DNA of 63,972 nucleotides, the filler included, from Gonapodya sp. JEL0774 (lineage: Eukaryota), in the NCBI GenBank assembly GCA_027604505.1. It is 4 parts of 4 records of this genome, joined end to end, with 100 filler letters (N's around TTAATTAATTAA, not from the genome) between each part and the next. Parts side by side here need not be neighbours in the genome. Positions count along the whole stretch, not along the records: positions 1 to 17,066 come from JADIIX010000273.1; 3 more parts are not named here. The stretch is one strand, 5' to 3'. Of this stretch, positions 1 to 14,000 are shown piece by piece. Under the pieces are notes generated by a model. That model did no database searches. It was not told where the DNA came from and worked only from the letters and a program-made list of their open reading frames with translations. The translations under genes were made by a program, and so were the position numbers. Each line of letters opens with the position of its first letter. The stretch's first letter is position 1.

Positions 1-1961
1 TCATGATGAGTCAACAGGCCACAGCAGAACTCAGCAGATTTCACATATAAGCAGCTCATTTTCCCATGTAGTGTGTGAGAGAAAAAAGACAAGTCAAGTT
101 TCAACACAGACAATAAACATATCGATTCTCCTGACTCTACAATACGCCTGGAATTGTGCATTTAAAAGCGGATTCAGAACCGTGGAAGACAACCTGCATG
201 TTGCCACAACCTTCTGCAAGAGAACTCAATTCATTAGATGCTAGTCTGATTTCAATTCGCTTGTTGTCAAATTTGGAAGAAATTCCTGATTCAGGCAAAT
301 TGAATGTGATGCAGCAGTGTCAAAATGCACCTCCAGCCCAAGTTTGTTCCAATCAGGAGGAGATGCGGAACTAGACCTAGATAAACTAGATTCAATTAAA
401 TTGATATTAATGTCTGCAAAGAGAAGGGAATAAAACGACGGATCATCGTGTATCTTCATACCACCTTGAACACTGGGGTCAGAGTGAACAGTCCCATTTG
501 ACAGGAACAAAAGGTGCTCCACTTCAGCCTGTTTCAACCCCTCTCCACTCATTGGAGATGTCATGAAACAGACTGGCCAGGGAATGCCCCCAGGCTTTGG
601 TTTTGGAGTTTTGGATAGTGTAGGAAGCATCATCAAATGTATTGTTGTCAATCTCTACATCTTCGTGTACTCTCCATGCCCTAAGTTGCTCATTTGTGTT
701 CCACAACCTCTCGCACCTCCCCTTCCCCGTGTGGTGTTGTGGGGGGTTGGTTTCAGTCTGGACTTCCCATCAGGGCAGTCCCTGCACTGGTGGCGTGTAT
801 CCTCACACTTCCTGCACTCTTCCCAACACTCCGCTGCATTATGCTGACGTTTTCCGCAGTTGTAGCAGCCATCGGTGAGGGGTTGCGCTAATTCAGGGCT
901 GTTTTCAGTTTGATCTTTGTTTTCGTGGCTGAAGCACCAGTTAGGGCCTTTGCTTCTTTCTGTGTATCCTGAGACTTCATTGATGCTTTCATCTTGTTGG
1001 TTGATGCAGACTCAGAGTGGGCATAAGCATTGTAAATTGTGGGGTGTTTGTCTTCGCTGGCTGTAAGGCACTGTTCCAGAAGGTCGTCCTCAGACCTTTC
1101 CCTGCCCATTGACTGGTACTCACCTAACACTCTCCACCAGTCATTATCAAATACAATGGCTCTGCGTCCGTCTGGTCAAACCTCCAGCCACTTCTTCCCA
1201 GCAAGTTTCTTTGCAACCTAAGTTGGAGTCATGAATCTGGCCTTGAGCCAGTTCCAAATCTTTATCGCCCATTATATCATTGAGAGCATAGTCCATGTCA
1301 AGGGTAAGGGCTGCTGAGACCCTGTTGTCCAGCGCCCAGTGTGGGTAGGTGGTAACAGTGACTGTCCCGCCAGTCACTGGCGCTGGCAGGTCAGCATCTG
1401 TTGGCTGCTAATGCGGGGGTTGGGGTGGTTGTGGTGGTGGAGATGTTTGTGAGGCCAGTGGTTGTACTGTCGGTGTTCATCTGTCCGTCAAGTGTTCTTT
1501 CAATCCGAACATCTTCACCGCCCTTTCCATCCTCAACTTCCGCGCTTGACACTCTGAGTTTTCATTTTGCTCTGTGAGCTTCTCTCCGACTACATTGAGG
1601 AGGTCCATTGGTTTCAATTCCCCAGTCATAGCGCCATTGGAATTGGGTTGCGGCAGTAGGGTTAGGAGACTCTGAGAGGCTCTCCTGGTAGCAAAGAATC
1701 CACTGATTCCAATTTTGAGACAATTGGAATTGTCCGGGGCTCATGACCTGTTGGAATTGTGATTCTCTATCTTATGTGCACCACATATATTACAGTCAGT
1801 GCCGCTCATCTATGATGACAGGCTAATATAGTTTACCCACTAGACATACAGAGAATGTACACAGTGTCCATACACAGTGTCCATACACCAAACTCATGTG
1901 AGCAACTGATATATTACAGTGCCAGCGCACTCATATATGCACAGTGGCATTCATTCCAATA
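1..1961 (-). mobile_element. Degenerate Ty1/copia LTR retrotransposon, 5' part (LTR, PBS, gag with two Zn knuckles, protease remnant)
   Basis: The minus strand near 780-875 reads CYNCGKRQHNAAEC and CRKCEDTRHQCRDC (two CX2CX4HX4C knuckles). A protease-like VHFDTAASHSIC lies near 300-335. The LTR end ...CCAACA is followed by PBS GGTCATGAGCCC (1737-1748). Many stops and frameshifts. Confidence 0.85.
1749..1961 (-). repeat. Putative 5' LTR of the copia remnant
   Basis: Bounded by TGTTGGAAT...ATTCCAATA (imperfect inverted termini) and abuts the PBS. Contains a 13-bp tandem duplication (ACACAGTGTCCAT). The distal boundary is approximate. Confidence 0.55.
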
Positions 1962-2403
1962 AAAAAATACGACGCACACAGCACCATATAATGTCACACA
2001 CATCTAACAGAGGAGTGTTGGTATGTATTCAGACATTGTATGACATTTGGGTATCCAATGTTGAAGCTAAACAAGCTGACCGCACATGGATGTGCAGTGC
2101 TGGATGTGATACAGTGTATACAAGATAACAATTCACCAATTCCAACTCACTCTAGTTGGTTTGCATGGTATAACAACTTGTAGAGTGTGTTAGAATTCTG
2201 TTTGTGCAGGAACCACAACCAGTCTGTTTTAGCAGAGATCCTTTACTACTCTGTTAAAAAGGAGGGGTCTGTTCCATAACACAAAGACAAGTAACAGTTA
2301 CTTTGAAAAATACAATCAATACATTTGTTGGCATAAAAGATAGCATGTGTAGATCCCACACCCTTAACAAGTTCCCATTTTCATACTCAGTATTCTGAAT
2401 AGT

Positions 2404-5400
2404 TCATTTCTCACCCCCATATTTTCCTTTCCTAATATTCAGTAGTCTCTGTCGAGCTTTTGTCAGCTCTGCTTCCATCTAGAGAGAGCAAATGATGTTT
2501 ATATTGCATTACAGAAAGCCAAACTTGAATCACTTACTTTTATAATGCTTGTTTGTGCTTCAAACTCTGCAATCTTAGATCCAGTTTTGCCATCCTTAGC
2601 TATTAGCAAATCAGTGTTACTTTTGGCGTCAAACATGATGGAGTCCTGCACTGCTTTCACTAATTGCTCTGTTGCTTGTGTGACACTTTTTCCAGCTGCA
2701 CGAAGCCTTTTATGAACATCACTTGTAGTATCTGTTTTAGCCTGAGCAGCTGACAATAACTGTGCTGTAGCAGAGTTCACTCCCTTTGCAGCTGCAAGTG
2801 CTTGCTCTCTTTGCCCTGACCCATTGTTTGACAAACTTGCTGCCTCACAAAGATCACTAACATGAGATGCAACCATTCTAGCTGCAGAAACCAGACCTTC
2901 AGTCCACGTGCCATCACTGTGATACATTGATTTCTGTTGTATCACAGTTTTGTCACTTTTGGAGAGTATCTCACGTTGAGCTGCCGTAGCAGAGCGAATA
3001 AGAGCACTTGTTGCTGATGCAATAGCTCTGGCTGCCTGGACCACTGTCTCATTAAATGACATATTCTCTACATTAAGTACAGGCAGGGAATTTTCATCAG
3101 GTACCTGATAGCTTGCCAGTTTTTTTGCAGCAGCTTCAATTGCATGAGCTGCAGATAGTAATTCTCTTTCAGCAATGATGTTAGGATCATTTGGATCAAC
3201 ATATCCTTCTGGCACAAGCTGCTGTGTAGCATCTACCATAATGTTAACAGAAGATGCAACCTGTTTTGCAGCTGCATTGAGCTCCTGTTTATGTTTTAGA
3301 GATGGTGATGATAAAACTTTGGACACCTTCTCAACAAGGTGAATAGCAGATTGTGCAACTATCTGCACTTTTTCTGAGATTTCTGCATGAACATTGCTTG
3401 GAGCTCCATTTACAGACGCCTTAGTGGATTCTATGAGATGGCAGAGGTCCTTACAATACCTTCCAGCTGCTATGTGCACATTTTCAGATTGACCTGAACT
3501 TACTACTGCAACCAGGTGTGCAGCAGCTCTTGCAAATTGCTTTGCATTGTCAGCAACTTCAACTGGGAGTGCCCGTACCTCCGGTACTTCTGGAGAAAGG
3601 AACACTGCAATAGCACTCTCAATGTCCTGCTTCATTGACTTTATTCTTGTGTCTCCTTGTGATGATATTTCTCCAATCACTTTTGTTACTCTGATCAATT
3701 CCATCAAGGCAAAAACCTGCTCTTTCAAGCAGCTCTCGAGCTCCCTTCTCTCCTGAGTATGCTCTCCTTTACCATAGGAATTGGAAACAGCAGATGTCAA
3801 TGACGCAAGCTTCAAAGCAACCTCTCTGGAAGCTTCCAGTAATTGAGTTTGTAGATTTCTTTCTGCTGACGTTATAGATGTTGCAGCAAGAGTAACCACA
3901 GTGAGGACATCATCAAGGGCAAGCCCAGCACTCTGCAAGTTATTTGCAAGTGCTTCTTGAGATCCATCTAGAGCACTTGGTAACTCCTTTACTACATCAG
4001 AGAGTGTCTTAGCTTTTGCTAGCAATTGGTCTTGATGACTTGAAAAGTTGTCTCCTTCTTCTATGGAGTCCAACTGACCAGCCTTAGCAAAAATTGTAGT
4101 GTTTTCCAAATCTGACAGCTTTTCAGTAATTCTAGCGATCACTTCATTGCACATAATTGCACCTTTGGCACCATTTTGTGCCACCTCTACCAGTTTTTTA
4201 ACCATTGTACTAACTTCACGTGCTTCTGATAACAGTTTTGACTTAGTGATTGGTGATTTTGAATCCCTACTAAAGACTCTCATTGCCTCAAGAGCTTTGA
4301 TGGAAGCAGATGCAAGCTCCAGCACATGATTCTCCAGTTGTTGTCTGCATTCACCATCTTCCGCTGAGGTTCTTGCTGCCCTCACAGAGAACAGAATTGA
4401 TATAAAGTTTTCATGAAGCCTCTCAGCAAGTGCAGGCAAATCTTGAGTAATTCGGCTCCTGGTAATATCTCTGCAGACATCCAAATACTGGGATCCAATC
4501 CTTTCTATCTCAGAAGAGTATGATTGGTAGGGTGAGTCAACTGGAACTGTCTCTGAAACAGAAGCAAGTTGGCTTTCTATATCATCAATTGCAACAGCAA
4601 ACTCTGGGGCAGTGTTTGCATTCTCAATATCCAGTGAATTCATAAATTTACGGACTGCTTCATGTAATCTTGAGAGTTCCTTGTCCACTTGATCATGGGC
4701 CTCATCATTTTCTACATTTCCACCAGCCAGTTTGCAAGCAGCAATAAATGCAAGAAGAGCCTCTGCACTGCCCCTTAATAATTCTAAAGATTGTACCAAT
4801 GACATACTGGGTACTGACACAAGCTCTACTGTTAGCTCAGCAATCTACAATAACATTGTTTTGAGGTTTGTATTTGTCAACAAACTCATGCTGAGCCTAC
4901 CTTCGAAAAACTTTGTGGAATCTGAGAAACACTCTGGCTGAGCTCTATTGCATCTAGTTTGGATGCCTTTGCTACTACTTCACAAAGTGAGAGGAATATC
5001 TTGCTAGTGTCAGCTATGATTTTGCATTCTTGGTCACACCGTACAGCATTGAGTGTCTTGTGGGTCTTGGCTGATCCAGATTCAATTTCAACAAGTGTGG
5101 TATCAATGTTATTGAGAACAGTGTAAACACTTTTGGTGATATCATCGCATTCTTTTTGTCCTGGGATGTTAGTTGTTAAAGTAGAGACTAGACTCCTAAG
5201 GTTGTCTGTCACTAAACGGCCTTTAGAGAGCAGATACAATGGATCTGTTCTGTTTGACTCCTTTCCTTCTAGACCCTGCCTCAATGCTTTAAGGTACTCT
5301 GCACTTAGTGACACAGTTTTTGTTGTCTCATCAACTAATGGCTTCTGAGCAATCCTGCCTGATGGTGAGATTTTTGGGATTTTGCCAGTATATTCTGGCC

Positions 5401-8400
5401 GCTTAACAAAGGCACACAGTGATTCTATGGCTGACAGAAGGGGGACTGACACTTTGGCACAATCTGCTCCACTATTCTTCCCCAATGTTAATGCATGCTG
5501 CTTCATTTTTGGAACCAGTGCTGCAGTGGACGCTGCAACTGTCTTTGCATATTGAGAAAACTCTATTTGTGAGCTTTTTGGGAGGTTGGAGTCTTGGCTT
5601 AATTCTTTGCACAAGTTGCAAAGAAATGAAGTATTCTTGGCAATTATTGCAGCTGCATGGAGTATACTAGCCTGCTGGTAGTCTGACTTTGTGAGTGCTT
5701 CCACCGCCTCTCGAACAGCTTTCAGTTTAGAGGTGAACTTAGATGATTCAATCTTGGCAGGTTGTCCTGCTGTGGAAAGGGGATCCATAATGCCAAGAAG
5801 ATATGCAGCTTGTGCCATAACATCTGAGATTTCATAGATGCATTCACCAATCTGTGAAATAGCTTTTGCCAGTTGATCCTGATCATCATTTTCCCACATT
5901 TTTGAGACATAATTGATGGATCCTGTAGCATTTTTGGCAGCTAACTTCAGCTTTTGAGCCAGCTGTGCAAACTTTATTTCCTCTGTTGGAACCTCATCTA
6001 TATTAGTAAGTCTATTAGTGGCATTGGTCAGGATACTGAGGCTTGTATTACAAGACGACATGGCAGGACTTGCTGCTGCTGTCACAGATAACAACTGCAC
6101 AATAGACTCAGATATTGCCTTTCCTGCTTTTGCTAAGTTATCCCAGTGGCTCTGAATTGTGTACGAGGCTTTAGTAACTTCCCCTGTTGCTGTCAGAAGA
6201 TCTTTACTTGTGTGACCCAGTGAGAGAACTATATTGCCAAGCACTTCCACAGTCTGAGTATCAGAGTTGATTCCTGAGACTCCTTTTACAGCCTCCACCA
6301 ATGCAGTGTACTGTGGTGAAAACTCTTGAACAACTTTGGAAATCTCAGAAAAGTTCATGTTTCCACTTGCTGCAACTAAAGAATTGGCAGCACCCAGCAA
6401 TGATGTAGCTATTACAGAGACCTGCTGTCTCGATGTAGCTGTGTGTGTTTCCTGAGTTGGGAGTTCAGTGTGAAACAAGTTCATTCCCTCCTGGATATTC
6501 CCAATAGCAGATTCAATCTTCTTGTTTGTTGGAAGAATTGCAAGAAGATGATTCAAGCTTTCTTGAAATTGACCACCAGTTTCTGATAAAGCATCAAGAC
6601 TTGTCTCAGATCTCATCTTCTGTCCTTTACACATCAAAAGTAGTTGCTCTGCACAACACGCTACATTTGTTGCTGCTTCAAAGAACCTGTCTTGGCTTTC
6701 TTCATCCATGGACTGCACAATATGAGGCACAGACTTTTCAAGAGACATGATCCCACTTGCCAAAGCAGAAGCTGAAGAGAACATTATCCCACCATCAGAC
6801 TTGGAAGAATAAGAAGCAATCAGAAGAACATTATCTCCCACAGTCACACTGTGAGTTCTCCAAACTTACCATATGTGCTCCTTGAAGCAGAGACTCCCCA
6901 TTCTGAGTCAGAACCTTGACTGACTCCATCACCTTCATTTCTGCCTCACATGAAGCCTCTGTAGAGTGAGGTAGTGGTGGTAATGCATTAAAACCAGAAC
7001 TCTTCAATTCAGTTAATTTTGCATAAACATCTTTGATGGTTGAAATTGCCTTGTCAAATTCTGATTCCTCAATTGCTACCTCACACAAATCAAGAGAGAA
7101 CTTAAGAGACCTCAGATCAATTAATGTCTGTCTGGAGAAAGAAACAAGTTGAGCTTGCACAGCAGAATCACCAGTTGTGGTTGCAGCAGTTTTTGCTGCT
7201 GCAATAAGACTTGTTGCTGGAGTAACTATTGATTTTGCTTGAGATATCAAGTTGAGTTGTGATGCAGAGTCCCCAGGATCCCTTTTTGCAGCTCTTACAG
7301 CAGAGATGATGGATGGAGCAATTTCAGTAACCATTTTCATTGCTTGGTTCAATTGTAATTGTGAGGACTGATTTCTGTTAGATACAGCTGCTGTTTGAGC
7401 AGCAGCAGCAAGGTTTGTGGCTGCAGTCACTGTGTTGCGAGCAGCTTGACCCAAACGTTCAAATGCACTGTGTTTGAGTTTTTTCGCAACAGCATTGGTT
7501 GCTGTACTCTGCATGAGGTCCAATGCTTCTTTCAAAGCTCGCTGTTTTGAGTTGTCAGTGGAATGATGAGCACATTCCCTTGCAATTCCAATCATGGTTG
7601 ATGTTGCGTCTGCAAGGAGTTTTGCAGCCTGCAAAGAAACAAGAGTGAATTGCTAATCAGTAATTCAGAAGACAGGGAGTCCAACCTGCAAGAAATGCTG
7701 CCTATCTCCAGTGGCATCAGATTCCTCTGTGTCTGCTCTCAAAAGAGACACTAGGTTGGTGCTGCAGTTTGTCAGATCTCTTGCTCTTTGAACAAGCAAT
7801 TCAGGAGCTCCAACACACTCTCTCATGCTCTGGACAGCATCAACAAACTGGTCAAATTCTCTATCCACTCCAGTTTGCATGTTGGGACTCCCACCACTTT
7901 GAGCCTGCCCTATTAGTTTGCAGATAGCATCTTCAACCCAAGATGCAGCAGAGATTAAAGCAGACATGTTGTTTTGACCAGAACTCTGAGCATTTTCCAT
8001 CAGCATGGCAACAGAGTCACGCAAAAACATGGTTGCATCTGCAATTTGCTCTAATGCTACAGAGTTGCCAACCACAGGAGCTACTAAATTTGTTCCTGCA
8101 ACAATCATAGCAGCAGAGGCAGCACATCTTTTGGCTTCCTGGAGTATGATATCTCTCTGAAGTGGGTTACTTGATGCATTGGCAGCATCCCTTGCAGCTG
8201 CAACAAGGCCCCCTGTTGCACCAGCAATGGCTTTGGCTGCATTCAATATGGCAGCTTGAGAATCCTCATTAATGTCTAAAACTCTGAGTTGAGTGAGGAT
8301 GTCAACTGAAACAGCACTCAGCTTTTGTGCAGATTGATATATGTCCGATCTGTTACCAGTTCCTAGTATCCCAGACTGAGTTGCCTGTAGAAATTCTTGT

Positions 8401-10690
8401 GTGGCAAAAACCATTTTTTCAGCACCTCTCAAAAGCAAATCTGCAGAATCAGCATCCCCTGATAGGCCAGATACAATTTTAAGAGCTTGTGTGATTTGAG
8501 GCAGATTTGAAGACAAGGTTGCAATTGAAACAGCAAGGCTATCAAAGTCAATCTGATGGGAATCTACTGCAGTATGATTAATGACAGATGCTGCTGCTGC
8601 TAGATGTGCAGCTATAAGGGTTGCAATGTTTTCTCCATTTACATCCACTGTTTGTTGCCTCCACTGCTGTGATGTTTCATCATCACCAAGAGGTGGTAAT
8701 TGTGTAGGTATGGTCAAATCAGTTGCAGCAGATTGAATTGCAGCAAACCCATTGTTAATGGTTTGAAGTAAGGCTTGCTGTGCCCCATATACTTCACCCA
8801 ATACCAAGTTATTCCCACCTGTATGGAATGCAAGATGACTTGTTGCAACATTCCCTGTCTGGAGTGTTGCCATTGCAGCAGCACTAATACTAGCTTGAAC
8901 AGGAATGTTTCCTTGATCAGCTGTTTTCAGTGCTGAACCTGAGTGAATATTGATTATGTTTGCTCTTGCAGGCCTCATATACTCTTCTGTAACTGGCATC
9001 TCTTCTGCCTCAATTTCCACAGAGCGCTCTGCATCCCGTTTCTTTTTCAGAATAATGTCAATGTATCCTCCAATTAGCGAGGAAATGGCTTCACCCTCAG
9101 TTGTTTGAACAGAATAGTATGCATCAGCATAATCCCCAAAATCAAGAGTGAGGCTGTGTGAGAACTTCCTAATGAGACAGATGTTGTGATTTGAAATAGA
9201 ATTATTCAGAAGCTTACCTGTTTGGCGATGCAGCCCATCTCCGAAGTTGCGTTATTGGCCATGACTTGATTATTTCTTTTGTCTCCACATCAAGGCGAAC
9301 AACAGACTCTTTTGTCACACCAAGGAGCATAGAACCAATCTTATTCTTTTTTGCAGCCTTTTCCTTGAAGATTACTCATGCTTCATTTTTCAATCTCTGG
9401 CTGAATTAAATGCCAGACAAGGCCCATACCTTAACAATGAAAAATGTCACACCATATGTCTTCAGACTCCGGCAAAGCTGCACATATCTGAACTTTGCAT
9501 TGAGCTCCGACATTCCGTGGAGTTTTTGATGTTCTGCTAGAATTCTCTTCTCAAACATACGCTCTCTATGATACTCTTCGGGCAAAAAGTCTTTGAGTCT
9601 GATGAAGAGAACACATAAAAAGCTCATCAATGGCTCATTTTACTGTGTCATTTGCGCAACTTACTTGAAGAATCCAGCTTTATGCCTCTCTGGTTCGAAG
9701 TTTCCAAATTGCACCTGAGCTTGCAGTGCTGCGAATTGGATTGCCTCATCTGGAGTACAAGGGTATTTACCCTGCAAAATCGACTCTCTACTCTGATTGT
9801 AAATTAAGTTCAATTGAACGGGGTCATTCCGGTCCACATTCTGATCAGAGAAAAAAAATTTCTTCTTCAATACAACAATGTCCATATCAGTGATGCCTTG
9901 CTCCGCAAGACACTTCTCTGGCAAGAGCCATCGACCTGGTTGCGTTAGAGGAAGAATAATGAAAACCAAAGGAAAAGAAAAACATTATTTGTGACCTTGC
10001 GGCTGGACCCAAATCTTCTAACCTTCTTCGGAAAGATCTTCCTGTGATCCCTTCATTTTCTTCTCACGACGTGCGAGAGTTTCATTACTTTTCCGAGTGG
10101 AGTTTGTTCTGATGTCTGTTTGCAACGAATACTCATCGGGATTAGCGATACCTGGGGGAACGGAGATCCGCAACAACCACAAAACTATGAACACTTCGTC
10201 TGATCTGAAAATACAAAACAGACGTTCCTACCTATCTTTTCGCAAATGTATTCAACTAGTTGCTTCACTGAGACACTTTCGTCAATCAGAACCGTCTTTG
10301 TAGTTTCATCAGCGAGGCGCACTTTCAGGGGTCGTGTCTTCTTTTTATACTCCACAACATCACCGGATTTCAGATTGTAGTAGTCCAAGACGCGATTCGG
10401 AGCGAGCCATTGTCTTGTGTCCGGATGGAAGAGGCCATGATCCGGTCCACCTGTTGCGTCTCCGAGCCGGTCCCGAACTTCCTTGCACGCCTCATGCACG
10501 GAGGTATCACCGGCGAACTAATGTGCAACATACGTGATTTGGAAGATGACATTGATTGTTTTACGAGATTGGTGGGAGGAGCGAAGTGAGAACAATGGCA
10601 TGTGCGGGAAAGATTCCAACTCGCCTGAAACGTCTTTGTTTGAGCAACGAATCCTCCTGCGACAACCTTCAGAGAGAGAGGTGGAGTCAT
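2404..10690 (-). CDS. TLN: Talin (FERM head, helical rod, C-terminal I/LWEQ actin-binding domain), multi-exon
   Basis: Exons read MTPPLSLKVV...KTFQ|FAGDTSVHEAC, KKKFFFSDQNVDRNDPVQLNLIYNQSRESILQGKYPC and YVQLCRSLKTYGVTFF. An Ala-rich rod follows, then IAERELLSAAHAIEAAAKKL...WTEGLVSAARMVA and a last exon MEAELTKARQRLLNIRKGKYGGEK*. Confidence 0.96.
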
Positions 10691-11076
10691 TCCCTGAGGT
10701 TTACCTCTGAACTTCCTCGCGAATGGTAAATGTTGGGAATCACACAAAAATTTAACTTCCTCCGCTGGGCCAAACTTCGAAGTTTTACCGAACTTCCAGC
10801 GAGTACCATCATTTCAACAGCATTGCTCACAAACGGCGTTCAGTATCAGTGAAATGGCATCAGATAAGCGAAATGGGTATTCTGTTTGTAAATCGCTGTG
10901 TAAATCTACATGTTGAATGGTATGTTTGCTGCAATCACTCTATAATTCTCAGGAGAGAGCGTTTATGCACCAACAATCAAATTAACTCATAATGGATGTG
11001 GAACGTTGATTCGGTTCCGAACTAGAATACGAGTTGCTTGATCCCTTGAACAATTCCTAATAATCATGTGCTTCCT

Positions 11077-14000
11077 TCATCGTCTCTCCTTCACTCTAAA
11101 TTGCAACCAAAGGAACCCTATCAACGTCGTCATTAGCCAATAGACGGTAAGTTTTACGATGTCCCCCCAGTATCCAAGGGCATTAAATGCAAAAGTCTCT
11201 AGAATGGTGGCACCAGGTACCTGCCGTACATCACATTATGTGACCGAAGTTCCGTGTGCGTGTGCATTATCTACCCCACTCACATTGATTTTCAAACCGA
11301 ATTTATCCTCCACGAGTGTCAATCCATTCACTTCATTCACAATGAGTGCTTCTACCGCAAAATTGAAAAATGATAAATTGCGAAGCCAACCAAGATACTC
11401 CGGCACCGATGCTGCAAAGATAAAGTTAGGACTTCAATATGTTATACATCCGGAAAGGTCATACGAATGTCACACCTTTATTCAAAAGAAGGCCGCCATA
11501 AAGCATTGCAAACAGCATCACGAGTGTGCTGATGAGATTAGCAAGTCCGATTTCCGAGATTATTATTCCGATTGTGAGACACACACTCGCAGAAGTCAAG
11601 TTGAAGAGAACCAGGACCATGAGGAACTTCAAGATGTAGAACAGTGACTCAGATCGCAGTCCAATCATTGGATAGACAATTAGTCCGAGAATGAGAGGAG
11701 GAAGAACTCTCAGAGGCACAATGTCAAAGATAACTTTGGAAGCAAAATATGTGATTGGAGAATAGTAGCGGTTCGCGCGTTCGCGAATAAAAATGACCCG
11801 CTCTGTTGCAAACACCTGCGTTGAGAACCGCTACGATAGTACGAATATATCACAAGCAAGTAAGAATGACATCTCCCAACCTGAATGGAGCTCATGCAAC
11901 TGAAACCGAACATAGCGCACACAAAGAAAAAAAAACCAAGCCTGTTTTGAAAGCCCGCTAGATCATTTGAAACCTGCCAAAAGAGTGCACCACAGAGCAC
12001 TAGAAAGCCGTCATATCAAAATAAAAGCATGAAAGCAAGTACATGGTAGTCACCGCCTTACCAGCTACAAACAAAGTGACGGCGTAGTGTCCCAGCAAAA
12101 GGTTTGGATTCCTATACATATTCTTGAAAGTCCGACTTGCTAGAATGGTGAATTGAGTCCACCAAGTGGCTCTTTTCTGCCAGTCTAATCTATGCAAACC
12201 GAAAGCATCATGGTCGTTGTGTCCGTTTTGTAGAGAGTTGGTAAGAGCTGGAACAGTGCTCGAAATTCCAATCAAATCGGGTTCTCTTCGGTGATTGGCG
12301 ACTTCGTCGGCGATTGAACGCTCTAATGAACGAAAAATGGTGGAGGTCCGGAAGCCATCAACAAGATAAGCGAGGTGGTCTTCCATTCCTTGCCAATCGT
12401 TTAAGAAGCCGTCTCGCCGCCGTCTTGCAGTTGAAGAAGCAATATGAATCTCTTCAGATGGTCCGACACTGGACGAAGGCGATCGTTTGTCTGTATTAAT
12501 AGACGAAAGACTAGTTCCCTGAGACGATCGTGGGGTAGACGCTACTTCTGGATGAGGAGTAAAGAGTCGATCTTCTTGAATCGCTTTCACTGAGCGATTA
12601 CGCTCAACAAAAGACGGAAACCCTAAACGGGATGTTGGAGACACTGGCTGTCCTGTTTGATTACTTCCATCACTTTCTGAGAGAGTGTGTGCCAGATCAG
12701 AATCTCCAGCCATTATATGCATCGTTAAATCAACTGCCACGATGATTGTTTGTGTTCAAATGGAAATGATGAACAAGGAAGAGAATTGAGCTTGATCTCA
12801 CCAAAGTAATCGGCCATGTTAAACCCTACGGGACAATGAAACCCCAGATGTGAAAAGTGTTTGATTGCGATATCCTGTGCTGCGCCAGAAAAAATCATCT
12901 TCCCTTTCGCCAAAAGCACCAACTGATCAAAAAGCGCATAAATATTTGAGCGAGGTTGGTGAATTGTGAGGATAACAGTGCGCTGATAATTGCGAGCCAT
13001 TGTAACAAGACATTCAATGACATTATACGCATTAAACGAGTCGAGTCCTTATTGATTGAAGGTTTCATTTTCGGTGGGAACTCTACGACGCATATCTGCG
13101 ACACTCACCGCTCGTTGGTTCGTCCAAATACAGAATTGAAGGCGAAGTAACGAGCTCGCATGCAATAGAGACCCTACGCTTCTCACCACCAGATATACCG
13201 CGATTGCTAGTCCCTCCGATGCGACGGTCAGCAATCCCAAGAATACCCAACTCTACCATAGCCTCTCGAACCCGGAAGCGTTTGGCATCATTACTCATCG
13301 CTTGCGGCAGTCTGAGCAATGCTGAGTATGTAATAGTCTCTCTGACTGTGAGTGTTTCAATCAAAGTATCCTCCTGGTCCACAAATCCAATCGATCGCTT
13401 GTACTCGTCAGGAGCCATGGGGACACCGTTCACGAGGATCTCTCCAGCAACTACGCCTGACTTTTGCCTTCCAGCTAAGATATCCAAAAACGTTGTTTTG
13501 CCAGCGCCAGAGCCTCCCATAATTGCGCACACTTGACCTGGCTTCACACTGCCCGCAATGCCTTCTAGGATGGCGACTCGCCCTCGATCGTCCATGTGAC
13601 GTTCTTGCAAGGAATGCTCAAATGTTGCTACCTGCAGTGGTTCTTCATCGTCGTCTCTGTCAGGCAACGAGATTGATTGGTTTGGGGAGAAAAGACTCCA
13701 TAGTCCCGGGAACCATCCCCTGGCTGGTGTCCGAATGGGAGCTGTTCCACTGGAGCCCGGTACAGACACAGCACTCTCGCGTTCACCACCAGGATTAACA
13801 TAGTAAGAGATTCCACGCCATGAGACTGACATCGGTCGATGTCCCGTCATCATGAGGGATCTTCGGATCTCCTCCTCTTCCTCTGGCGAAAGCTGAGCAC
13901 CTCCATCCTGTCCTAACAGCGAAGCAAGCAGCTGCTCGTATTGGTTATTGGATCTCTTCCGCTTGGAGCGCATTTCTTGGAGTCGCGAGACCACAATGAT

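Noticed and set aside
3547..6750. Short plus-strand ORFs inside talin, and similar ORFs opposite other genes
   Set aside because: Antisense shadows of real coding exons with no independent motifs.
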